A stretch of 64,000 nucleotides of DNA from Trypanosoma brucei (Eukaryota). This document shows positions 52,983 through 63,860 of the stretch, piece after piece. The notes under the pieces were generated by a model. The model was not told the DNA's origin and made no database searches. It saw only the letters and a list, made by a program, of their open reading frames with translations. Location: assembly GCA_000002445.1 (NCBI GenBank), contig CM000208.1:2784001-2848000 (forward strand), written 5' to 3'. Every line of letters begins with the position of its first letter. Within the stretch, counting starts at the first letter, position 1. Position numbers and translations under genes: made by a program.

Positions 52983-53872
52983 AAAGAAAAAGGTGGAGGA
53001 CAACGTCTTTAATATGAGTGATACACTTTTCCTCTTAACATGGAGTCCACACGTGGTGTGGTTGTGACAACTTCAACCTCAAAGGAGGAAGAGGACGGTA
53101 CTAGTGTGTGTCAACGAACAAAGACATCTTATAAGTGAGGGGAGAGGTTGAATTATTATTGACTCATTTTTATCCAAGTTCGTCGACTTTTTCCGTGGCT
53201 TTTCCTCCACATTCGCTTAAACAAATTGTTGTATATTGCGGGATTCGCGTATCAACCCCAACTCTCCACCTTCTTCGTGATCATGGCGGGTCGTTCAAGC
53301 GAGTGCCGTTCCCGCCATACTCTCGTCACAAGCGTGTAGTTTTTCCTGTGTGCGCTTCCACACCCCATCAAGAAACAATTGGAAGTCAACTTTAAAGCAC
53401 AATGTGTTCTCAGTTGTGTTTACACATGTTTATGTGTTTGTGCGTGTGCGCGTGCGTGTTTGCGTAAGGGGGGTGTCGTTTGTGGGGAGATATGAAGCTG
53501 TGCTGTGACACCCGTGAAAGAAGGCGATGCAACTCTGTGCGGGAAATTTGTAGTGTGACCTTTTTTTTTTCTTTTTGCGCATGTTCTCACGAAGATACAC
53601 GCGCCCAAAACTGTTGTCATCCTGTTAGTCGCTATAAGTGTATATGCAGCCCCATGAGGGAGTGATTTTTTTTTGTTTCTTCGTTTTTGTTTTTCGTTTT
53701 TAGTGGACCACAGAGTATTCTATTCCAATCGCTGAGAGTTAAGCAAATATTTGAAGCGCGTATTGCGTGCCTCGTTTCGCTACCTCTCCTATGTTGGTGG
53801 TTGCTATTTTTTCCCCTTTGCTGTGGGATGAATATTTTTTGCTTGCTCTTTATCTTTTTTTTCCTCATTCAA

Positions 53873-53894
53873 TGTGTGTGTGTGTGTGTGTGTA
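53873..53894. repeat. (GT)n microsatellite
   Basis: gtgtgtgtgtgtgtgtgtgtgt, read directly. Confidence 0.9.
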
Positions 53895-54081
53895 TGGGGG
53901 AGGGGGAACGAAAAGAAAATACTTACTGCACGCCACCTTTCCATTTGGTTTCTGTATAGCGAAGAGGAAGTGAGGGCAAAGTGGAGGTAAACAAGAGCAA
54001 GGTGTTTCTCAGTCAGAGACGTGAGGGGGTAGAGGGACGCTCTTTTTTCCCCCTAATTTATAGTGGTGGAGTCGGTGAAAG

Positions 54082-56046
54082 ATGACGCTATGGAGTGCGA
54101 CGCGTATGTTTAAGCGTACATCTACCCGTTTCAGTGCTTCCATCACTCAGTGGCTCTACATGAACTGCAGGAACCGTTGTTTCTCTCAGTGCTCGGCTTC
54201 CATGCGGAGGGGGTCACGTGCACTTGCATGGGGACGACGGATGCTCCTTTGCGCAGTCGCTGTTACCACCTCTTACGTCTTCATTGATTATGCAACCGCT
54301 CAGTCAATTACTCGTTCCATGCGGGCATTAATCACAACGGCACGCGTAGTATACATGTACAAGGGGGCAACACCCGAAACATCTGAAGAACGTTCTAACC
54401 TTCACCGTGCAGCCGCTTTGTCGCTTCTTAACCTTTGTTTGAGGAATGAAGGACTTTACATAAAGTTGGGGCAGTCACTAACGGCTATGAACCACATATT
54501 GCCATGGGAATACATCGATGTTCTCACCGTTTTGTTAGATAGAGCTCCGGTTGTGCCCCTCGATGAGGTCCGTAGAATCATCCAGGAAGAGACGGGAAGG
54601 TCATGTGAAGAGCTGTTCGTTCGTTTCGACCCCAATCCCATAGCATCCGCCTCAATTGCACAGGTGCACCGGGCTCTGATGCAGCCGTCGGATCCAATAC
54701 AGTCCCCAGTGGAAGTTTGTGTAAAGGTGCAGAAACCCCATATTCGGCGTCAAGTGTTTTGGGACCTTCAAACGTACCGTTTTGTTTTGCATGTACTGGG
54801 CGCTGCATTTAATATACCCGTTGCTTGGATGAAGGAAACTGTCGTTGAAGGCATCCGCCGTGAAGTGGACTTTTCCATAGAGGCGAGAAATGCTACTCGT
54901 ATACGACAGGATTTTGCAGACCGCAGGGATTTGTATGTGCCGGAGGTGTATGGGGATCTTGTTACCCCTCGGCTACTTGTGATGGAGTGGGTAGATGGAG
55001 TGAAATTGGTCGACGTGGTGGCTGTGCGGGAGCAATTTGATGAAGTGAAGGTTCTCCAAACCGTCTTCGGTGCCTTCGGTGACATGATTTTTAAGAGCGG
55101 CTTCGTGCATTGTGATCCTCATGGGGCAAACATTCTTGTGCGTCCACAACCATATCCAATGGAAGAGGAGGCGTCTGGAAAGTCGAAGGAGTTGAGGCAG
55201 CCAGGTGGGAGGTGTTGCAACCCGCAGGTCGTTTTGTTGGATTTCGGGCTGTGCTGCCCCGAATCAGAGCGGTTCCGCCTTGAGTACGCTCTTCTGCTCA
55301 AGGCGATGATAATGCAAGACATGGTGACGGTGAGGAAAATAGTTTATTCGTGGGGTGTCGACGACGAAAAAACATTTTCAACCCTTCAGTTGCGTAGGTC
55401 TTACGCATCCCTTCACCGAAGGAACTGTGGTGAGATGACAAGGGAGGAGGCAATGCACATGCACAATGAAGAGAGGGAGCGCATTATGAATGTGCTGAAG
55501 AGGGAGGAACAGTTACCCTGTGAATTAGTTCTAGTTGGAAGAAGTATTGATATTCTTCATGGGGTTAATCGTCTGTATGGTGGGCTTGTGAACCACATGA
55601 GGGTTTTTGGTCGCCGTGCAGTTTCAGCACTGGGTCGTCTTAATACATATGAAGATATTCAGCTCTACTTAACGCATCTCGTTGGCCTTTCCAACGGTAA
55701 TGCAGGAGAAGAGGCAATTCCGCCGTGTTGTAGTGGCAAACTCTTGTCTTTATTTGACCCTACACTCGAGCACCAACGGCGTGAAGAGGCCGCAGCCGTT
55801 CTTAAGTTTCGAAGTGGGGTAACCGCTGCTTTTCGTTACCGAGTCTGGGAGGGTATTATCTCTTTACTGATGTTGTTTCAGTTTGAGCTGGCACTCCTCT
55901 TTTTGGATGCCTACCACATGTTCATTCGGTGGTACAGCAAAGTGTTTGAAGTATCCATTTGGAACTGGATGGATGCGCGTTGGCAGAGGTTCATAAAGGC
56001 GGGGTGTTGTGGGAAGAAGGAAAACAAGTTTTATTCCATACGGTAA
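54082..56046 (+). CDS. ABC1/ADCK (aarF-domain) atypical protein kinase
   Basis: ABC1 signatures ASASIAQVHRA, VDFSIEARNATR and HCDPHGANILV, then DFG. The N-terminus is basic and presequence-like (MTLWSATRMFKRTSTRFSAS). Confidence 0.85.
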   Translation: MTLWSATRMFKRTSTRFSASITQWLYMNCRNRCFSQCSASMRRGSRALAWGRRMLLCAVAVTTSYVFIDYATAQSITRSMRALITTARVVYMYKGATPETSEERSNLHRAAALSLLNLCLRNEGLYIKLGQSLTAMNHILPWEYIDVLTVLLDRAPVVPLDEVRRIIQEETGRSCEELFVRFDPNPIASASIAQVHRALMQPSDPIQSPVEVCVKVQKPHIRRQVFWDLQTYRFVLHVLGAAFNIPVAWMKETVVEGIRREVDFSIEARNATRIRQDFADRRDLYVPEVYGDLVTPRLLVMEWVDGVKLVDVVAVREQFDEVKVLQTVFGAFGDMIFKSGFVHCDPHGANILVRPQPYPMEEEASGKSKELRQPGGRCCNPQVVLLDFGLCCPESERFRLEYALLLKAMIMQDMVTVRKIVYSWGVDDEKTFSTLQLRRSYASLHRRNCGEMTREEAMHMHNEERERIMNVLKREEQLPCELVLVGRSIDILHGVNRLYGGLVNHMRVFGRRAVSALGRLNTYEDIQLYLTHLVGLSNGNAGEEAIPPCCSGKLLSLFDPTLEHQRREEAAAVLKFRSGVTAAFRYRVWEGIISLLMLFQFELALLFLDAYHMFIRWYSKVFEVSIWNWMDARWQRFIKAGCCGKKENKFYSIR

Positions 56047-56647
56047 TTTTGACGATAAGTTGTTTCTAAATTTGTAGGGTGAAAGTCCATGAAAGGTGAC
56101 TCACCTTACACGAGTATAATTATTCTGAACCCCGTGGGTTGTCGCGGTTTAATTTTTTTTATTTTGCATAAGAGTACTGATATTTACAACTTCTATAAGT
56201 GCTTAACGTTGATTCTGAGGTTCTTCGTAGTACTTTATCCTTCTTGCACTCCTGCTACTTACTTGTCATATCTTACATCGTATATCATGCGCGCTGCCAT
56301 ACACTTGTCCATTCTCTTTGTGTGTGTGTTTTGCGTTTGTATGTGTTCATTGTCGCTCCTGTTATTATTATTGCAGCTATAGTTTGATGCGGTTTTCGTT
56401 CTACCGTCAACGCTATCTCGAATTTTGTTGCTGTTGCTGTAGAAAATACGTTATTTTTCCCTTCCCTGAAATTGCGAGGCTCTAGGCATTTGTTGTTGCT
56501 TCTCTTATTTGTCAGGCTTGACACTCCTCCTTAAATTGCTGTACGGGACTGGGGCCCATCAGACCATTTGCCGTTTGAAAGGAAGGTAACAAAAAAAAGG
56601 AGGAAGGAAGTACACAATCACATTGGATAGAGCAGAAAGAGAGAGGA

Positions 56648-57256
56648 ATGAAAAGATATATTCAACACAAGGAAAGTCTACCCGCGCAAGTGGGCATAAA
56701 GCGATACCGCACCACGGCAGCAGAGGGCGCCACCCTTGCATCGTCCACCGCACATGGAGGTGATACGGCGGAACTGGTAGATCGTGGTATCGAGAGCGGA
56801 GTGTGCCACGAACATGAAGAGTCAAATGGGGGCAACGTACAGAGTGTGGAGAAAAGAACTCCCTCACTAGAGCCGACATGCGCCGACAGTGACAGCAGCT
56901 CTGAAAACGAAGATGATTATGACGAGTTAAATAAGGAAAGATTGCGGCTCGAGCAGATGCAACGGGATAAGAAACAAACTGAGGACAGAAAGGGCTCGAT
57001 CGGTGGGAGCGCCACTGGTACTTTCTCACCTCGGTCAGAGAAGATGGGAATTGCCGGAAACGGCAACAGTGCTGTGGGAGGGGTTTCCTCATACAATCAT
57101 GACGTTTTATTCCGTGGTGGTAAGTGGAGGGATAAGAATCACGAACCTGCTGAGAGTGAATCGAAGAAGAAGAAAAAGGAAAAGTGGGAGGCAGTTGTGA
57201 ATGACACGCAGCGTTCCGCTGCGTACCAGCACTTTATGAAAAGTTACTTTAAGTGA
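56648..57256 (+). CDS. hypothetical acidic protein with basic C-terminal tail
   Basis: First ATG after the polyY/AG (56400-56560). 202 aa. Acidic centre (DSDSSSENEDDYDE). Lys-rich C-terminus (SESKKKKKEKWEAV). Confidence 0.4.
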   Translation: MKRYIQHKESLPAQVGIKRYRTTAAEGATLASSTAHGGDTAELVDRGIESGVCHEHEESNGGNVQSVEKRTPSLEPTCADSDSSSENEDDYDELNKERLRLEQMQRDKKQTEDRKGSIGGSATGTFSPRSEKMGIAGNGNSAVGGVSSYNHDVLFRGGKWRDKNHEPAESESKKKKKEKWEAVVNDTQRSAAYQHFMKSYFK

Positions 57257-57798
57257 AGGGAAGCGGACGTATACTCTCGCATTCGTGACATGGAGGGGTT
57301 CCGTGCAACGCTATTTTTTTCAAAAAAAATGGTTGGGGTGTTAAGACCGCTTAAACGGTCTTTTGTCGTACCATGCGAGTAAAATTATTCTCGGTTGGCG
57401 GCCGGTGTGTCTTCGGTGTTCCGGAGGTTGGTCCCATCTGCTGCATCTTTCTTTTGGATGAGCACTCCCAATTTCACTGAGTTACTTCCACGTGTCCACG
57501 TGTTGATGAATGGTGGCTGTGTCTTTTCTCCAACGTAGCGTTTAGTGCGCTGAATGCCGCTCTTTCAGGCGGTGTGTGACGAAGTTGTTCTTTCATTTGG
57601 TAGTGTATATTTCGTGCTTACCATGTGACCCCTCACGTGCTTCGGAAGTTTTCATTTGTCTAATTCTGTTGGGGAGCTTTGTGTGTGTGGTTGGTGTTCC
57701 TGGTATACTGACATATCGAATGGCGGCAAAGGAAGCCATGGAAACAAACTTATTCATAACTGTATGCCAATATACATTTAAATCTATATCCATATATG

Positions 57799-57820
57799 TA
57801 TATATATATATATATATATA
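57799..57820. repeat. (TA)n microsatellite
   Basis: tatatatatatatatatatata, read directly. Confidence 0.9.
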
Positions 57821-57902
57821 CTATCTGCTATGTGCAGTGTTTTACCCATTTGTACACTGCCTTTTTCTTACTCTTTAAGCTGCTGATAGCGGTAATACCC
57901 TG

Positions 57903-58880
57903 ATGAAGTACCTGGAGAATACCACTACTATTGTAAAACCAAATGGGAAGAAAAATGGCCTTACGAAATCGTCTAGTGAATGTATCAATTATTCCTTGTG
58001 TGAGGGCGCTGACTGCAACGCAAGGGCAGATTTGCAGGAGGGAGGCGCTAGCTGCCCTTGTTCACCACCGCTAGCTGCGGAAAGAATGGGTTGTGAACAG
58101 CAAAAATACGCCGCATCATCTCTTGGAGATGGACAACATAGAGGAAAACGCGGGCGCGGTGGCGAAGTTAGTAACGGGAACTGCGAGAATGTTTTACCTG
58201 AAGCATCTCCGTGTGTGAGCGCGGAGGTATCAGCTTCTTCAATTGTTCACAGTGCTGTCGCCGTGGGAGCATCCCCCGTCACACTTGAGTCGAGGAAAGA
58301 GACGGAACGGAGGGGTAAACGCATAAGTTGGCACGACGACGAAAACGGTGGCGTGGAGTCTGACTCTTTGAGCTCATCGTCCCTCCGCTCGGGTGCTAAG
58401 AGGAGAATTGACAACATGTTCATTTACCCGAGGGAACAACTTAGTTTACCCAAGGTAATTACAGAAAATACACCCTACTGCGAAAGGCAAAACGACGATG
58501 GAACATCTTACATCTCGTACAAGCTTCAGGGCCCTTCCCGTCGTTTCACAATGTGGAGACAACGACCGGTATCAGGAGATTGTGAAGGTAGAAAGGAATC
58601 GAAATTTGAGGATCAACCATGTGGTAATCGACCGCACAAAAGGATTAACTCGCTATTTTCATCCATATATGAATCGTACGATCCCAAATCTGATGAGCAA
58701 ACTGTGCAGCTGCGTATAGCAACGTTTGATGAGGAATCTGAGGTTAATGGCGCTTTGTGCGCTGGTAATTTGCAGATGCCGTTTGCATGCGTGTCGCGTA
58801 TCACTAACGACCCAGTGCCAATTCCGCTTGCGCCTTCAACTGAACCAAAGAACGCTCAAGTAAATGGGCAACACAGTTAA
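57903..58880 (+). CDS. hypothetical protein
   Basis: ATG is the first start after the polyY/AG (57840-57880). 325 aa. Cys-rich N-terminal segment. No family recognised. Confidence 0.45.
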   Translation: MKYLENTTTIVKPNGKKNGLTKSSSECINYSLCEGADCNARADLQEGGASCPCSPPLAAERMGCEQQKYAASSLGDGQHRGKRGRGGEVSNGNCENVLPEASPCVSAEVSASSIVHSAVAVGASPVTLESRKETERRGKRISWHDDENGGVESDSLSSSSLRSGAKRRIDNMFIYPREQLSLPKVITENTPYCERQNDDGTSYISYKLQGPSRRFTMWRQRPVSGDCEGRKESKFEDQPCGNRPHKRINSLFSSIYESYDPKSDEQTVQLRIATFDEESEVNGALCAGNLQMPFACVSRITNDPVPIPLAPSTEPKNAQVNGQHS

Positions 58881-59458
58881 AAAAGACGCGCACACATTTA
58901 TAGAGGGGGTGCGTTTCTTAATAATTTGCACTTATCTATTTTTATGTTACGCAAATCATGTGAGCAAAACTCTGGAATTGTGAAATATTGTCTTGACAGG
59001 GACGTGAACAGTCGCAGAAACAGTCAAGCGCGTTCCCTTTTACTGTTTTTATTCCTTCCGCTATTGATACGCGTGCACCCGTGTCTTTGTGTCTGCCCTA
59101 TGTTCACTCGACGCGATTATCTTTTTCTTTCGACATCGCCGCTAGAAGAGTCACACCGCTATTTCTTTTGAACAACAGCGTTCCTGCTTCCAGAGTGTTG
59201 TATTTCTTTCTGGTCGTTGATGATAACACACTAGCAGCTCAGCGTCACGATCATCAATTTGCCTCCGTCCATTTGCTTTTTCTTCTGCACCAATTTTTGG
59301 GTTTGTTCCGACTGCAATCTCGCTTTTTAAAAGAAGTCAAGAATAGCTTCGCTTTCAGCACTTTAATCATTGGTAAGCGTATTTTAACGACAAATAAACG
59401 AAGGGGAAAGGAGAGGGTGAAAACAACATCGAGGCGAATTCGTGTAGTGTTCTACGAA

Positions 59459-60748
59459 ATGCAACAGTCAATTCGGCTTGCTGATCGCCTCGCGGATGTG
59501 CCACCGTATTCCGTGTGGACAGAAATGACACCCCTCGCCAACAAGCACGGGGCTGTTAACCTCGGTCAAGGTTTCCCCAATTTTCCTCCACCCGATTTCC
59601 TCTTGAAGGAAGCCCATCGTGTGTTTGATGAAAGTGTTGTGACACCAACGAACCAGCAGTATGCGCGAACGCAGGGCAACCTGGAGCTTGTGTCCGAACT
59701 GAAGCGTATATACGCAAAACATCTTGGGTGGCCCGATATAGGTGACGAGAACATCGTCATTACCAACGGCACAACTCAGGGACTGAACATGGTATTTCAG
59801 GCTATTGTCAATCCAGGCGATGAAGTGATTACATTTGAGCCCTTCTACGACGCTTACCAATGTGACATCCAACTGGCGGGTGGTGTGGTAAGGTTTGTGC
59901 AGATGATTCCTGGTTCTACAGGCCTTGCGGACTCGTGGACCTTCAGTGAGGAGCAGTTACGGTCACTGATAAACCCGCGGACAAAAGCTATACTTGTCAA
60001 CACACCACAGAACGTTCCCGGGAAGGCGTGGACGCGGGAAGAAATGAATATTGTCGCATCCCTTGCTTTGGAGCATAACCTTATCGTTGTGTCCGACGAG
60101 GTGTATATGCATCTTGTGTACGCGACCCCGCATCCCATTGAGGGACAGAAACACTCGCATCTCTCAATAGCAGCGTTGCCGGACATGCGTGACCGCTGCG
60201 TCACACTGTGCAGTTCTGGTAAGACGTTTTCGGCTACGGGCTGGAAGATTGGCTGGGCGGTGGGCCCCACGAAGCTTATTCAGGCTCTGAGCTTGTTGGA
60301 ATTGTACCAAACATTCAACGTGGCCACACCCTTGCAGATTGCAACGGCCCGCGGCCTTCGCATTGCGGAGGAAGTCGGTTACTACGAGAATCTTCTCTCG
60401 CAATACGAAAAGCGTCGGAAGCTCCTTTGTGACATGCTTGCAAAGAATAACTTACCCCCAACCATACCCTCAGGTGGGTTCTTCGTTCTAGCGGACATCT
60501 CACTTGTGGACCCCAAGCATTATCTTGACCCCAATGAAAGGTCGGTTGGTCGAGACTGGCAGTTCTGTCGGTGGCTCACACGCACATTGAAGGTGTGTGC
60601 GATCCCTGTGACTGCTTTCTGCCAGAAGGAGAATCGCCCGGTATATGATAAGTTCGTTCGGTTTGCTTACTGCAAGAAGGAGGAAGACATTATAGAGGCT
60701 GGCATACGCCTTGAAAGACTGAGCGAGTACCTGCTTCCTGCCCATTAG
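59459..60748 (+). CDS. class-I PLP-dependent aminotransferase, kynurenine aminotransferase / cysteine-conjugate beta-lyase-like
   Basis: The track start 59081 is a GTG. The first ATG consistent with family length is 59459 (MQQSIRLADRL). NLGQGFPNFPPPDF is a KAT-type N-terminal motif. The PLP lysine context is SSGKTFSATGWKIGW. 429 aa. Confidence 0.85.
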   Translation: MQQSIRLADRLADVPPYSVWTEMTPLANKHGAVNLGQGFPNFPPPDFLLKEAHRVFDESVVTPTNQQYARTQGNLELVSELKRIYAKHLGWPDIGDENIVITNGTTQGLNMVFQAIVNPGDEVITFEPFYDAYQCDIQLAGGVVRFVQMIPGSTGLADSWTFSEEQLRSLINPRTKAILVNTPQNVPGKAWTREEMNIVASLALEHNLIVVSDEVYMHLVYATPHPIEGQKHSHLSIAALPDMRDRCVTLCSSGKTFSATGWKIGWAVGPTKLIQALSLLELYQTFNVATPLQIATARGLRIAEEVGYYENLLSQYEKRRKLLCDMLAKNNLPPTIPSGGFFVLADISLVDPKHYLDPNERSVGRDWQFCRWLTRTLKVCAIPVTAFCQKENRPVYDKFVRFAYCKKEEDIIEAGIRLERLSEYLLPAH

Positions 60749-62035
60749 TAAAACCTTCAATTGAATTGGACATCAGGGATCTGTGGCCGGCCATTTTTTG
60801 TTCGCTTTTGTAGGAGGAGGTTTACCCTTTCATTGTGCAAAACGTAGTCCGTATTTATCTTTCAGCGATACGAGATTCTTTTTTATGTTACTTTCACTCG
60901 TCTATATTTTTAGTACAATGCGGCCGGCCAGGATAAACTCATGCTTGCTTTTCGTACTTTCTCCGGTTTTCGAAAACATTTTCTTTTCTTATTCAATAAT
61001 ATAACCTTTTATTTAGTTTTTTATTTCTTCGTTTTGCCATACATTAATTTTTCTTCCTCTTGTGTCTTTTCCCCCCGGCGCGGTGCGCCGTTGCAGTGAA
61101 TTTTTGTGGCCGACGTTCTGCGTGACCGTTATTTGCCCTCTCTTGGATCCATTTCTCCCTTTCTATCAATTTTAAAGCGAAAATAATTATTTTCCGCTAT
61201 TTTTATCGATCGGATTGCTCCCCCCCCTATTTCTGAATTGTAGGTAATCTGTGTCTGTGCATATGGTTTTGCTTGGTTCAATACACTGTGATGAAAACGT
61301 GTTTCGCTCCATATTTGAGCTGATGCTATGCAACCCTATTGTAGCGCAGGTGTCGACACTGAAGAAGGAAAGGAAATGAAAACAAATGAGAACATGATAA
61401 CTGTTGAAGGGTGTGAATGTATTTCTTCCCTCACAATCTCCTTAGTGAATATTTTAACGTTTACGTGTTGCGTCGTTAAGTGATGAGCACACCGAGTTGT
61501 GGAAAAGGGGTAGTAGTATCTGACATATTTTCCGAGAAAAGTACTTTCAAGTTACTTGGATACGGGAGTCACTTACCTCTTTCCGGGACAGGGAGTTAGG
61601 CGTCTTGGAAGTCCGGCTGAGAGTGATGTAGGGCAAAAAGAAAACGAGTAGCCAATTTTTTTTTGTGTGTGTGTCTTCACAAACCCGATTTTTATGTGCC
61701 GTCTCCATTCCTCAAATTATTTTTATGAAAGGCTGGTACGACAGCGTGGTGATGTATGCAGTTTCCCCTAGTTTTTTTTCTCTGACTCACCTTTTTTTTA
61801 AAAAAAAAGTTCCGTGTCATACTGTTGGGTGCCGTGTGGGAGTATATGGTGGCCAACCTGTTATCTCCTTTATCTTCCTCTTTCTCCGTTATGTTATACG
61901 CATCAACGTTTTCTTTTCAAATCTACTCCTTCTATTTCTGTTTCTACTTCTTTATTATTATTTTTATTCTCGTGACATTGTCTTCACTGTTGTTTCACAC
62001 CCCCGAAATCGTTGTATTTTGAATACCAGCTTTCC

Positions 62036-62893
62036 ATGGATACTTCCTCGGAGCTGTTTATTAGAGACAGATTTCCCGAGTTTGTATGCAAACGCAGTGC
62101 ATTATGCGGTAGCGGGGTTCAATCATTGCCATATGTATCATCAATTGCGGTTGATTCAAATGTCGAAACCGTTGGTTGTGGTAACCCTCCCTGGTGCCGT
62201 GCAGTGGAGGGATTTTCTGCACTTGAGCGAACTGTTCGGGAGAAGCTGAAGCGTCTCTTCGAGCGACAATACGAGTTTCTTCAACCCAAATTTGTGTCCG
62301 ATGAAGAAGAGGAGAACATGAAGCAGGGAGAAATTGGCAAGGAGGCGCAAGAGGTGCAGAAACTGTTGAAAGAATTAGAACGGATGGTTTCAGGATGTGA
62401 CCTCCACCGACGCGCGCCCAGTGAGGATGAGCGAAGGGTTTCTTGTAATGTCAAGAGATACCTCTCGCTTCATCTCTTGGAACTTACTCAAATGTTCAGG
62501 GGAGGGCAAATATTATTCGCAACAAAGTTGAAGCAGCGAGAAGAGAAGGTGAATCGATATAAGTTGATTGGCTCACCGGAGGCACACAGGCGGATGGAGC
62601 AGGAAGACCGAATAACGCACTATCTCGAAAAGGGTTATACGCAAACAGATATTAAAGAGCTTCTACTCGAGGATGAGCGTGAGCAGCGCGTCGGTCGAGA
62701 AATTAGCGAAATCGTCGAAAGCATTAAGGAACTTCATACCGTGTTTGAGAGCCTTAACTCGTTGGTAGTTGACCAGGGTTCTGCCTTAGACCGTATTGAT
62801 GTTGCCATTCAACAGACGAGAACTAGTGTGGCTGATGGCGTCACTATGTTGAAAGACGCACGAAACAATTCGAGCAGTTGTACACTAATGTAA
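62036..62893 (+). CDS. syntaxin-like Qa-SNARE (t-SNARE motif present; no C-terminal TM in this frame)
   Basis: The track start 62012 is a TTG. The ATG is 62036 (MDTSSELF). The SNARE motif ISEIVESIKELHTVFESLNSLVVDQGSALDRIDVAIQQTRTSVADGVTMLKDA has the conserved Q. The ORF stops at TAA 62891 without a membrane anchor. Confidence 0.7.
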   Translation: MDTSSELFIRDRFPEFVCKRSALCGSGVQSLPYVSSIAVDSNVETVGCGNPPWCRAVEGFSALERTVREKLKRLFERQYEFLQPKFVSDEEEENMKQGEIGKEAQEVQKLLKELERMVSGCDLHRRAPSEDERRVSCNVKRYLSLHLLELTQMFRGGQILFATKLKQREEKVNRYKLIGSPEAHRRMEQEDRITHYLEKGYTQTDIKELLLEDEREQRVGREISEIVESIKELHTVFESLNSLVVDQGSALDRIDVAIQQTRTSVADGVTMLKDARNNSSSCTLM

Positions 62894-63212
62894 GCGCACC
62901 GGTCGAAGCATACAGTTTTTTTCACCCCCTTTCGCGGGCATATCTATTGTTATCATCACCTCACTTCCTCCGTTCTTTGTGGTTGCCGCTGGTAACTGGT
63001 ATATTATGTGTGGGTTTCGTATAGTTTCTGTTATGGAGATCTAAATTAGTGAGGCAGTATGGTATGGGATCGCGCAGCCCTTGTGTGGATGCTCTCTTGC
63101 TCTTGCATGATTCCCCAATTTTCCTGTGTATCGTTACCACTCTCTCGTGAGACGCATTTTTTATTTTTCGTTTGTTGCGGTACAAAAGATATTAAGGCAA
63201 AAAAGAGTGTAT

Positions 63213-63860
63213 ATGCGTCCGTTAACGGAGGAAGAGACAAAAAAGCTGTTTGACAAGCTTGCACAATACATTGGACCGAACACTGCCCACCTGCTTCAGC
63301 AGAAGGGAACCAAATCGGCTGGTGTTGCTCCTTTCAACAATGGCAAGACCACCGGCAATAATGGGAGCAACGATGATGATGATGGTGATGACGGCGAAGA
63401 ACAAAACTCGCAGCAGACTTATGTCTTCCGTTTGCACAAGAACCGTATTTGGTACATGCCACTGAGGCTGGCCAAACTCGCAAGTTGCGTGGCGAAGTCC
63501 AACTTAATGGGAATTGGTGTTCTCTTCGCTAAGGTCACGCACCACGGTCATGTGCGACTGCAGGTAACGGCGTTAGAATATATTGCACAGTACTCTCTCT
63601 TTAAAGTGTGGTTGAAACCAAGTCAAGAGCAGAAGTTTCTGTATGGTGGCCACGTCACGCGTGCCGGTTTGGGTCGTATTACAGAAGCAACACCGCGACA
63701 TCAAAAAGTGGCTGTCTTTTCTATGGGCGATGTACCCCTCGGTTTTGGTGTGGCAGCGCTTGGGACGTTGGAGTGCAGGCGGTGTGAGATGAACAGCACC
63801 GTATTATTTCATGAAGCTGATGTTGGCGAGTACTTGCGTAACGAGGCACGCTTGACGTAG
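63213..63860 (+). CDS. NIP7: 60S ribosome biogenesis protein NIP7 homolog
   Basis: The track start 63126 is a GTG. The ATG is 63213 (MRPLTEEETKKLFDKLAQYIGPNTAHLL), which matches the NIP7 N-terminus. A C-terminal PUA-like region is present. It carries a roughly 40-aa G/N/D-rich insertion (KGTKSAGVAPFNNGKTTGNNGSNDDDDGDDGEEQNSQQ). Confidence 0.85.
   Translation: MRPLTEEETKKLFDKLAQYIGPNTAHLLQQKGTKSAGVAPFNNGKTTGNNGSNDDDDGDDGEEQNSQQTYVFRLHKNRIWYMPLRLAKLASCVAKSNLMGIGVLFAKVTHHGHVRLQVTALEYIAQYSLFKVWLKPSQEQKFLYGGHVTRAGLGRITEATPRHQKVAVFSMGDVPLGFGVAALGTLECRRCEMNSTVLFHEADVGEYLRNEARLT

Noticed and set aside
61665-62249. 194-aa + ORF overlapping the start of the syntaxin gene
   Set aside because: It is pyrimidine-rich low-complexity translation (FLFLLLYYYF) of the syntaxin upstream polyY region, in a different frame from the SNARE ORF.
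44-63126. N-terminal extensions of track ORFs beginning at 44, 7805, 15743, 23480, 31396, 37225, 44368, 48752, 52154, 59081, 62012 and 63126
   Set aside because: The first codons are TTG or GTG, not ATG. Several extensions traverse the polypyrimidine/AG acceptor region. They were replaced by the first in-frame ATG.
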